Below, in pieces: positions 10,901 to 20,269 of a DNA stretch of 64,000 nucleotides (positions are counted from its first letter, which is position 1; the number at the start of each line of letters is the position of its first letter). Made by a program: the position numbers and the translations under genes. Source of the stretch: Candidatus Methanoxibalbensis ujae (lineage in GTDB: Archaea; Halobacteriota; Syntropharchaeia; Alkanophagales; Methanospirareceae); the NCBI GenBank assembly GCA_026134085.1, contig JAOQIN010000001.1:21344-85343 (forward strand), written 5' to 3'. Below the pieces are notes generated by a model. That model saw nothing but the letters and a program-made list of their open reading frames with translations, searched no databases and had not been told where the DNA came from.

Positions 10901-11658
10901 AGACTCCGCCTCATAATTCTGTGCTGAGAATTCTGGCGCTGAGACCTGGTGCATGCACATTCCTGCTCGCGCAGAATGAACATATAGCATCCAAAATACT
11001 GAATGAGCTCGGAACACGCTATGTCATCTCGGAGCACAGGATGATGGAATTCACATATGCAGTGTATCCTGTGTGGGCTGGGGAGCCCATTGAGGATTAC
11101 ATTGGCTATGTGCCGGTGGATGGAAAGATTGAGAGGGTATTTAAGCCCAAGTTCTGGCGGTCAATGGAAATAAGATTGCACATTTTTGACGGCTGCGGCG
11201 CGTCATTATCATACGGCAATGAAACATTATATGTGGAGCCGCTGAGACATTACAGGCTTGTGCATGAATCTCCCTCAACAACTGCGACTTTTGGAGATAA
11301 AGAGCTCAAGTTTGTGAAAGTTTTTGAGTATGTGAAAGGGGCACGCATAGTCGGAAACTCACCGAACGGCTCTGTTGTGGAAATATCAACAAATGTGACG
11401 ACGGGAAGCAGAAATTTCACATACGTTCAGCGCACATTCTCAAATGGCTCCTTCTCTTTTGTTGTTCCTTATTCAACGGAATGCCCGAGCCCTATATCCG
11501 TTGAGGAGGGAGGAACAAACTACAGCGTCTGTGCTTCTGTTTACAAACTGAGGATAGGCAATGTGAATGTGACTTCGGGCGAGATCTCATGGACGAGCGA
11601 GAAAGAAGTTGAAGTTCCCGAGCGCGCAGTGCTAAACGGTGGCATTGTTGAGGTGTGA
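7960..11658 (+). CDS. aglB: Archaeal oligosaccharyltransferase AglB (STT3 family), with insertions
   Basis: DDPVYHMR, YTDHH, TIAEV, QNRFGYY, WWDYGH, NPFQ motifs; many TM helices. Confidence 0.95.
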   Translation: MNAPPEAEKRDAKLNSGVSESLRRLIAAVLMAACGITSIISIFWAEPFNAQFFLGIVGALCIPAALFILSESYERTLIISIISVEFLIIAYPVVISFAPHFDFDFNSYAAVVVICAGIPAVYLSGFPDERGASRLTVFNILWAIFGIALFLRAFLPYPYVFREPVRYGPDDPVYHMRLVENALLGDHFPFRIFYDAYTYFPFGSHLHFAPLYDQIMIFAAWVIGMGNVTHALIDAVGAYYPAILGACVVFPVYFIGKTLHNEITGIISSALVAVIPGQFFNRSLLGYTDHHVAEVLFSTIAMLFLILAVKHAKDAQDRVRDVGRSILLADFDVRKDWAVVFFASGVILPIIMLPWAWGLLISFAFFCMLPVFAIFVREEAKPLFFAIAAGISLGVYLLMWVAGLMFAFFIFIYGILQYIIDVISGKDFSYLCEVLAVEYIIPPVMLIPFYNLSAFYDIKHVATFSLGFIVFSSPVIFRRIVERRSRVAAVSASVRGGGKSGRSGGSGGGRKAGTGGGVDFFMLSFPFLTLFLIAIVGFAAFPSATSAVLGAFRALAPSGGAQTIAEVSPLFTRNWAWWTVEPITLFLSYPTFLLLAWTIFERRRPEHLLILVWCMATLAIIGGIIPTIGQNRFGYYFAVSASLLTAFFVTKTYEAIDTDLGVEAVAERGERGERGERGEKKTAFTVRRGVSAARKKGRREYRGAERGEFDVMPIAFGICVLALLIAGVKYVGLSSIPAWFAFLAIFVVWLFTRRENRGEKSEKNLRRAMIAILLIAFILFPFPLNALATQGDFPSNGKPALIYYSQYMASGHQGAPDDWYDALLWMRNNTPDPGIDYYTTYKLNETTGRYDYPESAYGVMSWWDYGHIITFIGHRIPNANPFQAGIGGPPVVKYYDANGDGGYTRGETIVADKDGNGKFTEEDAVLFGVVPRINAKLRRFSIDEMYYDANDNYKYDKGEAIVRDNDGDSRFTDGDEVLMGETPPHNSVLRILALRPGACTFLLAQNEHIASKILNELGTRYVISEHRMMEFTYAVYPVWAGEPIEDYIGYVPVDGKIERVFKPKFWRSMEIRLHIFDGCGASLSYGNETLYVEPLRHYRLVHESPSTTATFGDKELKFVKVFEYVKGARIVGNSPNGSVVEISTNVTTGSRNFTYVQRTFSNGSFSFVVPYSTECPSPISVEEGGTNYSVCASVYKLRIGNVNVTSGEISWTSEKEVEVPERAVLNGGIVEV
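9958..9996. repeat. In-frame 9-bp repeat (CGAGGAGAG x4) in aglB
   Basis: Encodes ERGERGERGERGE. Confidence 0.85.
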
Positions 11659-11682
11659 TTGTGCACAGCTCGGTGACAGAAC

Positions 11683-13242
11683 ATGAAGAAGCAGAACATG
11701 AAGAAGCGCATTTGCATAAAAAATGGAATTGTGTATGATCCCCTGAACGGAATAAACGGCGAGAAGATGGACATATTCATTGATGGATGCCACATTGATA
11801 ATGAACTGAATGAACTGAGTGATGCTGAAGTTCTTGATGTGAATGGGTGCGCTGTGATGCCCGCTGGAGTTGATGTGCACAGTCATGTTGCTACATACGG
11901 GTTGAATTTCGCAAGATATATCTTCAATTTTCCGACTGTATCGGCCGCTGGACTGACATATGCGATGATGGGCTATTCTCATGTGAACGAGCCACTCATG
12001 ACCATTGACACAGCATCGTATGTGCATCACGAGCTCTCTTCAATACCATTCGTGGATGTTTCCGCGCTCCTGGCTGTGAGCCTTCGTGAGGTTGCAGATG
12101 AGATAAGGGAGGGGGATCACGAGACAGTGAGAGGCGTGTTCCGGCGTCTTGCTGAGATTACGAAAGCAATAGGCATCAAAATTTATGATAAGAGGGTCTC
12201 ATACGAGAGAAAAGGATATTTCTACAGGGAAATTGATATGGAAACATGCATTCAATTCCTCAAATCGGTTTCTCAGAATGATGTTCCCTGTGATTATGAG
12301 ATTGACGATAATGAGATGCGGATTGTGATGAAAAACATTCCCATTTACATGAGAACGAGTGAAGATATCCTGAGAGATGTGCCACTGGATGTTTTAAAGG
12401 CTTTCAGGCTCTCTCATATTTCATCCGGCATTACAGATGATGAGACATATGAGCGTGCGTTTAAATTTCTGAGAGATGGGGGCTCTGCTGACATAGGCAT
12501 TTCAATACCTCATGACGGACCGAGGATAACAGATGCAGCCGGTAGCGGTGTTTTCATAGACATCGGATTTGACAAACCGCTGATTTTCAGCGCAGCAGAA
12601 ACGGAAAAAAAATCAGAAATGAAAAAGGAGATGGAAGTTTCAGTGAGACTCGCAATGGAAGCACATGCGTTCAATAACATCGTTTTCTCAACTGACAGCC
12701 CCAACGGATGCATTTTCGCAGACTATCCGAAGGTGTTCGCAGCACTGATGGACAGGAACATGCGCAAAGATGTTTTCGGTGATGCCATTATCTCTGATTA
12801 TGAGTATTCGCTGTTTGATATTGCGCGCGTCAGAAGTGCGAATGCCGCAAGATTCCTCTGTCTTGACATGAAGGGTCATATGGGTGCGGGCGCAATCGCA
12901 GACATCGCAATATATGAAATAAACGAAAACACAAAAGGGCACGAGATTGAGCGAAAATTGCGAAAATGCAAATTCCTTCTCAAAAATGGGGATTTCGTCA
13001 TTTACAACGCTGAGCTCGCAGCACACCCCAACTGCCGCACAATTTATGCTGATTTTTTGAAGAAGGATAATAAAAAGAACGGACAGAATAATAAAAAAAG
13101 TAAAAAAAATGATAATAAAATAAAAAATAATAAAGATAACAAGGTGGAGGATAAAGTGGAGAGAGTTCTCAGGAGAATATGCGACAGCCGTTCATTCAGA
13201 AGGGAGCATATCCGTGTTGACAAAATATTCACAAGCAGATAG
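11683..13242 (+). CDS. Formylmethanofuran dehydrogenase subunit A-like amidohydrolase (divergent)
   Basis: IKNGIVYDPLNGINGEKMDI N-terminus, DVHSH, STDSPNG, KGHMGAGAIADIAIY. Confidence 0.8.
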   Translation: MKKQNMKKRICIKNGIVYDPLNGINGEKMDIFIDGCHIDNELNELSDAEVLDVNGCAVMPAGVDVHSHVATYGLNFARYIFNFPTVSAAGLTYAMMGYSHVNEPLMTIDTASYVHHELSSIPFVDVSALLAVSLREVADEIREGDHETVRGVFRRLAEITKAIGIKIYDKRVSYERKGYFYREIDMETCIQFLKSVSQNDVPCDYEIDDNEMRIVMKNIPIYMRTSEDILRDVPLDVLKAFRLSHISSGITDDETYERAFKFLRDGGSADIGISIPHDGPRITDAAGSGVFIDIGFDKPLIFSAAETEKKSEMKKEMEVSVRLAMEAHAFNNIVFSTDSPNGCIFADYPKVFAALMDRNMRKDVFGDAIISDYEYSLFDIARVRSANAARFLCLDMKGHMGAGAIADIAIYEINENTKGHEIERKLRKCKFLLKNGDFVIYNAELAAHPNCRTIYADFLKKDNKKNGQNNKKSKKNDNKIKNNKDNKVEDKVERVLRRICDSRSFRREHIRVDKIFTSR

Positions 13243-13321
13243 CAGCATTTTCCATTCCATTCCATCTTATCCCATCCCATCACTCATTCGCACTCATTCG
13301 CTGATCAATTCGCTGAGCACA

Positions 13322-14449
13322 TCATATTGAACATTTGAAAACCTCCGCCGGCAGATTTCCATACATCACAGACCTTTCCTCCGTTATTTCTATTTCATTC
13401 GCCTCACATGCTGATTTAAACTCCTTTATTGCAGCTGTGACAGCGGTGAGAGTTGATCCACACGATATTTCTCTGAGAGATCTCAGGAAATCCCTGTATA
13501 GCGCGCCTATGATGCGTTTTCTTGAGGATCTTATACCATATGGAGGGTTCACCACGATGAATTCTGGCGAAAATTTTATATATTTACTGAGTTTTCTCGC
13601 ATCACCGCGAATGAACTCTATGAAACTGAGCACTCCCGCATTTTTCGCATTACGAATTGCACCCTCCAGGTGCTTTGAAGATATATCCATACCAGCTATT
13701 TTCACGTTCGGTTTTTCTATTTCTTTCTCCTTCATTCTCCTCACGATCTCAACATATAATTCTTCATTGTGAATTTTCAGTTTTCTGAAAGCGAAATCCC
13801 TGGTATTTGTTTTCTTTTTTGCCATGAGAACTGCTTCTATCGGGATTGTTCCTCCGCCGCACATGGGATCAAGGAATGAAAATGATGGTTTCCATCCGCT
13901 GAATTTTATGAGAGAAGATGCGAGTGTTGTTTTTATTGATGCATAATGCTGATATTCTCTGTATCCCCTCTTATGAAGAGAATCTCCTGTTGTGTTAACG
14001 GTCAAAATAAACTCTTTTTCCCTCAGCAACGCATGGAATTCAACATCGGGCATGTCAAGATTCACCTTAAGCCGCTCTCCTTCGGATTCGGCGAAGCTCT
14101 CCGTTATCGCTCTTCCCACTGTTGATGCTATTTCTGGGCTTTTGAAAGGGTGCTCTCCAATTCTCTTCGCCCTCACACCGAAACTCTGGTTTTTTGATAT
14201 TATCCATGAGTAATCAACTTCTCTGCACTCTCTGTATATGTCATCAAGACATTCAACATTGGCTCTGTGAATTATGATGAAGACTCTGTTTATGCATCTT
14301 GCGGCGAGATTTGTTTTGTAAAGTGTTTCCAGAGAGCCCCTGAACTCAACTCTTCCGCCGGCTTTTCTTATGATTTCAGCACCGAGTTCCCTCAGCTCCG
14401 CTCCCGCAACATCTTCAAGACCCTTAACAGCTGTTGCCATGAACTGCAT
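13322..14449 (-). CDS. trm14: THUMP-domain tRNA (guanine-N2)-methyltransferase Trm14-like
   Basis: THUMP region, SLHKRGYR, LDPMCGGGTIPIE, NPPYG. Confidence 0.88.
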   Translation of the reverse strand: MQFMATAVKGLEDVAGAELRELGAEIIRKAGGRVEFRGSLETLYKTNLAARCINRVFIIIHRANVECLDDIYRECREVDYSWIISKNQSFGVRAKRIGEHPFKSPEIASTVGRAITESFAESEGERLKVNLDMPDVEFHALLREKEFILTVNTTGDSLHKRGYREYQHYASIKTTLASSLIKFSGWKPSFSFLDPMCGGGTIPIEAVLMAKKKTNTRDFAFRKLKIHNEELYVEIVRRMKEKEIEKPNVKIAGMDISSKHLEGAIRNAKNAGVLSFIEFIRGDARKLSKYIKFSPEFIVVNPPYGIRSSRKRIIGALYRDFLRSLREISCGSTLTAVTAAIKEFKSACEANEIEITEERSVMYGNLPAEVFKCSI

Positions 14450-16394
14450 TTTGTTTTTTATCGCAGCTCTCCCCGCAGCTCTCCGCACTCTCCGCACTGT
14501 GCGAGGAGCCAATGCATCTTTCAATCACCTCCGCGACATCGTTAAGACCGAACTTCTCAAGCGTTTCTTTGCGAGGTATTCCTTTCTCATCCCATCCACG
14601 CTTCTCATAATAAGTGAGAAGCATTTTCTCATAACGCTCCTTTGAGATTCGTTTTCCTGCGTTCGGGCCGTTTTGCAGTGGCTCCTCAAACACTTTTTTG
14701 GGAGGATAGTCATCATTTTTTCGTATGCCGAGAAGAACTGCAACTGCTCTTGTGAGGTTATAAACCGCATTTGAGCGGAACAGGAGTTCTTCAATTGATG
14801 TTTCAACACCTGTTGTCGCTGAGAATGCATCTGCATAATATTTTTCAGGCAGACCGAGCTCAATCCAGGGCAGCCTGCAGACACCGAGCATGTCAAAAAG
14901 GGGGCGGACAGCCTGATGATAGAGGACTATGTCAACTTTCTCGTGTATTCCCCATTTCTGACCGACTTCAAGCTCCTTGGCGATAGGCCATGCGCGGTTG
15001 TGATGTGCTCCTATGTCGCATGTGCCGTATGCGAGCGCCATACATTCGGATGCATGCGCATCATATGCGCTCTGCTCGAGATATTTGACATGCGATATGA
15101 CGCTTTCCATATGCTTCCATTTTCGTATGATGCCGAATGAGCCCTCAGCCAGCACATCTCCTATGCCTCTGCGGCGGGCTATCATCTCAATCAATGAGAG
15201 CACTTTGTCCTTTTCACCCCATTTTATGCTGAATCCCACATCCTCCTCCGTGATTATTGATTTTTCCTGCGCTTCAATCAGTGCGGCTATTATATTTCCC
15301 GTTGATATAGTGTCCATTCCAAGCTCATCGCATAGATAATTCGCTCTCACGACGAATGAGAAATCATCAACCCCCATGTTTGAGCTGAACATGCATGTGG
15401 TCTCATATTCGGGGCCCTCAACGACAGTTCCTCTGAACCTTCCTTCCTTCACAAGACATATGTTTCCGCAGGCCATCGGGCATGCGAAGCATGAGGTGTT
15501 TCCTATTTTGAACCTTCGCACCATCTCCTCGCCGTTAATGCGCTCTGCATTTCTGAAAACGCCGGCTCTGAAGTTGAAAGATGGGAGGACTCCGACTGTG
15601 TTCAGGTAGTCAACAACGCTCATAAGCCCCTGTTCCTGCCACAGATCAAACAGGAAATGGTTTTGCAGATATTCAAATGCTCTTTCAGCGACTCTCAGAA
15701 GGCGATCTATGTCATGGACTGCGAGATCCTTTGAGCCACGAACTGCTATTGCCTTGAGATTTTTCGCGCCGAACACCGCGCCCATTCCTGTTCTGCCCGC
15801 GTTGCGACCCCATTCAGAGTTCACGCATGCGAAACGCACTTTGTTTTCGCCGGCAGGACCTATGCATGCAACACGCACCTCCTCATCGCCAATGTCTTTT
15901 TTTACGGCTCTCTCCGTCTCAACGCATCCTTTTCCCCTGAGTGATGATGCATCTATGAACCTGACCTCATCATCGTTCACAAATATGTATTTCAGCCTTC
16001 TCGCAGCGCCTCTTATGAGCAGTGCATCATATCCAGCCTGCTTGAGCTCAACGCCGAACATGCCTCCGAAGTTTGAATCGGCATATATGCCGGTTGCAGG
16101 CGATATTGAAGACATCGATGTCTTCCCCGCAGCCGGGAAATAAAGACCTGTTAGCGGTCCGGGGGCGATGAGGATTATGTTATCAGGCTTCAGAGCCTCC
16201 TCCCTGAACACCTCTCTTCGTGCAGGAACACTGTTTATCTTCTCCCTGAAAAAATCCCACACGAATTTCGCACCCAATCCCCTGCCTCCTATGAACTTCA
16301 GCAGGAGATCATCGCTCAACTCCCTGACTCTCACAGATTCATCGCTGAGATCAACATCCAGCAGCCGTTTTGTGTAACCTCCTTTCAGTCCCAT
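14424..16394 (-). CDS. aor: Tungsten-dependent aldehyde:ferredoxin oxidoreductase family protein
   Basis: FIGGRGLG, SISPATG, AGRTGMGAVFGAKNLKA, CFACPMAC, EGPEYET, DELGMDTIS. Confidence 0.93.
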   Translation of the reverse strand: MGLKGGYTKRLLDVDLSDESVRVRELSDDLLLKFIGGRGLGAKFVWDFFREKINSVPARREVFREEALKPDNIILIAPGPLTGLYFPAAGKTSMSSISPATGIYADSNFGGMFGVELKQAGYDALLIRGAARRLKYIFVNDDEVRFIDASSLRGKGCVETERAVKKDIGDEEVRVACIGPAGENKVRFACVNSEWGRNAGRTGMGAVFGAKNLKAIAVRGSKDLAVHDIDRLLRVAERAFEYLQNHFLFDLWQEQGLMSVVDYLNTVGVLPSFNFRAGVFRNAERINGEEMVRRFKIGNTSCFACPMACGNICLVKEGRFRGTVVEGPEYETTCMFSSNMGVDDFSFVVRANYLCDELGMDTISTGNIIAALIEAQEKSIITEEDVGFSIKWGEKDKVLSLIEMIARRRGIGDVLAEGSFGIIRKWKHMESVISHVKYLEQSAYDAHASECMALAYGTCDIGAHHNRAWPIAKELEVGQKWGIHEKVDIVLYHQAVRPLFDMLGVCRLPWIELGLPEKYYADAFSATTGVETSIEELLFRSNAVYNLTRAVAVLLGIRKNDDYPPKKVFEEPLQNGPNAGKRISKERYEKMLLTYYEKRGWDEKGIPRKETLEKFGLNDVAEVIERCIGSSHSAESAESCGESCDKKQNAVHGNSC

Positions 16395-16486
16395 ATCCCG
16401 CGCCCCTCACTCAACTGCTCACTCAACTGCCCTCACGCATCCCACACATCCAAAACCTCATAAATGATGTATCTGATAATAATAAT

Positions 16487-18100
16487 GTGAGCGATAATAA
16501 TGCGAGCTGCGCTGACGCTGAGAATGAGGAACAATATGAGAGGGCATGTGCGGAGATAGCTGAGGCGCTCACTGCAGCGAGAAGCTTTGACATGAAGCAC
16601 CTGAACAGATTGAAGAAGGATGTGAGCAGAAAATACGGATTGAGAAGGATTCCTAAAAATTCGGATGTGCTGAAAACTGTAATGAAAACAATCGTGCCTG
16701 TCGTGCCGGAAACTCTCAAAGACATTGATTTGAGGGAGCATTTGAGGAGGAAACCAATGCGAACTGCATCAGGAGTGGCTCCCGTAGCCGTTATGAGTTC
16801 TCCGCATCCATGCCCTCACGGTCGTTGTGTCATGTGTCCGGGAGGTCCTCACTCCTCTTTCAAGTCGCCGCAGAGCTATGTTGGCATGGAGCCCGCTGCA
16901 TTGAGAGCATCGCAGAACGGGTTTGACCCATACAGACAGGTGATCGCAAGACTTCAGCAGCTTGAGGAGATAGGGCATGATTACGACAAGGTGGAGCTCA
17001 TAATGATGGGCGGAACGCTCACAGCCCGCAGCGAAGCATATCAGCGATGGTTCGTGAATCGCTGTATTGATGCGTTGAATGACTTCGGCGCAGCCCGCGG
17101 TCGTGCTGTCAGAAACACTGGAATAACATTTGAGACACGCCCTGACAAAGCGGGAAAGCGGGAAATTGACATCATGCTTGATCTCGGCGTTACAAAGGTT
17201 GAGATAGGAGTTCAGCATGTTCGCGATGAAATCCTGCACAGGATAAACAGAGGTCATACGGTCGCAGACTCCGTTGAGGCAAACAGAATGCTGCGTGATT
17301 CAGCGCTTAAAGTGGGATTCCATGTGATGCTCGGACTTCCAGGAAGCACCTTTGAAGACGACATGGAGATGTTTGAACGCATCTTCCACGATGATGAATT
17401 CAAGCCCGACTTCCTCAAAATATATCCGACGCTCGTAATCCGCGGAACTGAGCTCTATGATATGTGGAGGCGTGGCGAGTATGAACCGCTCAGCACGGAA
17501 GATGCTGTTGAGGTGATCGCATATGCTAAAAAAATGGTGCCTCGCTGGGTTCGTATACAGAGAATTCAGCGAGATATTCCCTCAAAATTCATAGAAGCAG
17601 GCGTGAAGAAGAGCAACTTGCGCCAGCTTGTGCATGAGAGGCTTGCGGAGGAGGGTCTCAGATGCGTCTGTGTCAGATGTCGTGAGGCGGGTCTGAGAGC
17701 ATTGCATGGAGATTTTCCGGAGAGGGTCGAGCTGTGCTGTGAGACATATGAGGCCTGTGGTGGCACCGAGTTCTTCATCTCCTATGAGGACATCTCAAAT
17801 GACATTCTAATCGCACTTCTTCGCCTGCGATTCCCCTGCAAACCTCACAGAGCTGAGCTTAAACGCGCTGCTCTCGTCCGTGAGCTTCATGTTTACAGCG
17901 AGCTCGCCCCACTGGGCACCAGAAAGGAGAGAAGCTGGCAGCATCGCGGCTACGGCGCAAAACTGCTCGCAAAAGCGGAGGAGATAGCAGAATCTGAGGG
18001 ATTCAGAAAGATCGCGGTGATGAGCGGAATAGGCGTCAGAGAATACTACAAAAGGTTGGGATACCACAGAGAAGGTCCTTTTATGGTGAAAAACCTGTGA
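16487..18100 (+). CDS. elp3: Elp3 tRNA uridine(34) acetyltransferase (radical SAM + GNAT)
   Basis: [36 protein letters not shown]; start uncertain (GTG 16487). Confidence 0.93.
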   Translation: MSDNNASCADAENEEQYERACAEIAEALTAARSFDMKHLNRLKKDVSRKYGLRRIPKNSDVLKTVMKTIVPVVPETLKDIDLREHLRRKPMRTASGVAPVAVMSSPHPCPHGRCVMCPGGPHSSFKSPQSYVGMEPAALRASQNGFDPYRQVIARLQQLEEIGHDYDKVELIMMGGTLTARSEAYQRWFVNRCIDALNDFGAARGRAVRNTGITFETRPDKAGKREIDIMLDLGVTKVEIGVQHVRDEILHRINRGHTVADSVEANRMLRDSALKVGFHVMLGLPGSTFEDDMEMFERIFHDDEFKPDFLKIYPTLVIRGTELYDMWRRGEYEPLSTEDAVEVIAYAKKMVPRWVRIQRIQRDIPSKFIEAGVKKSNLRQLVHERLAEEGLRCVCVRCREAGLRALHGDFPERVELCCETYEACGGTEFFISYEDISNDILIALLRLRFPCKPHRAELKRAALVRELHVYSELAPLGTRKERSWQHRGYGAKLLAKAEEIAESEGFRKIAVMSGIGVREYYKRLGYHREGPFMVKNL

Positions 18101-18759
18101 TCCACATACATGAGACAGCACGGATATATGGTGAGACGCACATAGGTGAAAACTCAATCATAATGGAGCATGTTATCGTGGGATTTCCATCCGCTGATAT
18201 ATTGAAAGATATATCAGAAAATATCAAAGAAAAATGGGAAGAAAAGAACTATAAAGGAGCCAAAATTGGAAAAAATGCATTGATAAGAGCAAATACTGTT
18301 ATTTATTGTGATGTTGTCATAGGTGATAATTTCAAAACCGGTCATAATGTGATGATAAGGGAGCGAACAAAAATAGGTGATGATGTCCTTGTCGGAACAA
18401 ATACTGTCATAGAGGGTTACTCAACAATCGGAAATCATGTCAGAATACAGTCAAATGTTTTTATACCTGTCAATACAACAATTGAAGACTTTGTGTTTAT
18501 AGGTCCCAATGCTGTGCTCACGAACGATAAATATCCGCTTAGAGTGCGTGGTGAGCTGCGAGGGCCCGTCATAAGGAAAAGTGCGACAATCGGTGCGAAT
18601 GCAGTTATATTGCCCGATGTGGAGGTAGGAGAGGGTGCATTCGTCGCGGCGGGCGCAGTGGTCACGAGGGATGTGCCCCCATGGAAAATGGCTGTGGGAA
18701 CTCCCGCGAGAATAGTGGAGATGCCAGAAATGCTGAATGTGCTGAATGATGTGCGATGA
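18097..18759 (+). CDS. Hexapeptide-repeat sugar N-acetyltransferase (WbpD/WxcM-like)
   Basis: Left-handed beta-helix repeats, [29 protein letters not shown]. Confidence 0.88.
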   Translation: MIHIHETARIYGETHIGENSIIMEHVIVGFPSADILKDISENIKEKWEEKNYKGAKIGKNALIRANTVIYCDVVIGDNFKTGHNVMIRERTKIGDDVLVGTNTVIEGYSTIGNHVRIQSNVFIPVNTTIEDFVFIGPNAVLTNDKYPLRVRGELRGPVIRKSATIGANAVILPDVEVGEGAFVAAGAVVTRDVPPWKMAVGTPARIVEMPEMLNVLNDVR

Positions 18760-18767
18760 TCAGCGGT

Positions 18768-18805
18768 GCAATGTGAAGCTGCAATGTGAAGCTGCAATGT
18801 GAAGC
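18768..18805. repeat. 13-bp tandem repeat x3 (GCAATGTGAAGCT)
   Basis: Read directly in intergenic DNA. Confidence 0.85.
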
Positions 18806-18849
18806 GTGATATGAGCGTTGATAATGGTGCGGTGAATGTGGTGCGGTGA

Positions 18850-19707
18850 ATGATGCACGCACAGGCATTCCTCATAGGCGTGCTGCAAGGTGTTTTGGAA
18901 TGGCTGCCAGTGAGCAGTGAGGGCGTTATCTTCGTTATGCTCAATATCCTGGGCGCCGACCCGAGAGATGCGCTGTCTTACGCGATATTTCTCCATCTCG
19001 GAACAATGTTTGCATCAGTTCTGAGATTCAAAGGAGAATTTGCTTCAATGATGCGTTATATTGTATGTTCAATGAACCTTATCCGCAGGCGGGGCGGACA
19101 TGAGGAGGATGGTGTGCTGCTGCGTGTTGTTTTCATTGCAACTGCTGCAACCGGGATGACGGGCGTGCCTGTTCTGTTTCTGCTTCACGATCTCTTTGAT
19201 TATGTGAACAGCGTGAGCGGCGGAAGTGCGAGCGCTATAATCACACTTCTCATAGGGGCACTCCTCATTCTCACAGGCGTTGTCATAGGCCTGAGCGGTT
19301 CTGCAGCGTCTGACCACGAGCGATTCAGGAATATGGAGGACATGCGCCCGACTGAGGTTTTTTTTCTCGGCATTGTGCAGGGATTTGCGATTCTGCCCGG
19401 TGTTTCAAGGTCGGGGATGACGATAAGCTATCTGCTGTTGCGAGGAATAAATCAGGAAAGTGCATTGAGAGTGTCCTTTATCATAAGCGTTCCGGCAGTT
19501 CTCGGCGCTGTATCTGTGGAATCTCTGCGGCACCCCTTACCTTATTTCTCACTTAATGCTGCTATCATGTTCCTGACATCTCTCGCAATTGGATATGCAA
19601 CTATGGACATCCTGCTGAAAATTGCATCATCTCTCAATTTCTCAAAATTCTGCGTTTTCATAGGTATGATCGCAATAATGTTCGCAATTTTAATGATGTT
19701 ATATTAA
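18850..19707 (+). CDS. uppP: Undecaprenyl/polyprenyl-diphosphate phosphatase (BacA family)
   Basis: QGVLEWLPVSSEG, HLGT, PGVSRSGMT motifs. Confidence 0.92.
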   Translation: MMHAQAFLIGVLQGVLEWLPVSSEGVIFVMLNILGADPRDALSYAIFLHLGTMFASVLRFKGEFASMMRYIVCSMNLIRRRGGHEEDGVLLRVVFIATAATGMTGVPVLFLLHDLFDYVNSVSGGSASAIITLLIGALLILTGVVIGLSGSAASDHERFRNMEDMRPTEVFFLGIVQGFAILPGVSRSGMTISYLLLRGINQESALRVSFIISVPAVLGAVSVESLRHPLPYFSLNAAIMFLTSLAIGYATMDILLKIASSLNFSKFCVFIGMIAIMFAILMMLY

Positions 19708-19835
19708 AATGATGTTATATTAAAAAATAACTGAACAATCAAAATAACAAATTTTTTCATATATATGAAAGAATTTTGAGATTGAAAAATACAATAATTT
19801 TATTTTATTGAGATTTTAAATGGGGGGAGTGGCGT

Positions 19836-20102
19836 GTGCGAGCCAGGGGCAAATGGGAGATAATTTCCGATATACTAAATGCGATGAATGAGGAGATAAG
19901 GCGGAGGGGTTATGCGAGGAAAACGAGAGTGATGCAAAAAGCGTTTTTGGACTGGCGAACTTTCCAGAAATATTTCGATTTCCTGATTGAACAGAAATTC
20001 ATAGAGGTGAATTCAAATGATAAAAAATATCGCATCACAGATAAGGGTCTTGAATTGCTCAGAAATCTGAGAGAAATAAGAAGATTTATGCATGATAAAT
20101 GA
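19836..20102 (+). CDS. Winged helix-turn-helix transcriptional regulator
   Basis: RGKWEIISDIL..KTRVMQKAFLDWRTFQKY..YRITDKG, an archaeal wHTH pattern. Confidence 0.85.
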   Translation: MRARGKWEIISDILNAMNEEIRRRGYARKTRVMQKAFLDWRTFQKYFDFLIEQKFIEVNSNDKKYRITDKGLELLRNLREIRRFMHDK

Positions 20103-20269
20103 GAGATGTCTCCGCGTTATCCTCCTCACTGCAGTGAGGCGATGAAGTGCGGGCTTTTTTATTTTTTATTTTATCTTTTATATATGTCATGCTCCGTTAT
20201 GCTGTTTTATCTTTTACGAAAATATCAAAAATATAATGTTATTTATGATAGCAGCATAAAGGTATTGCC

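Noticed and set aside
16370-16486. Divergent overlap of elp3 and aor starts
   Set aside because: Upstream residues are repeat-derived; a later start removes the overlap.
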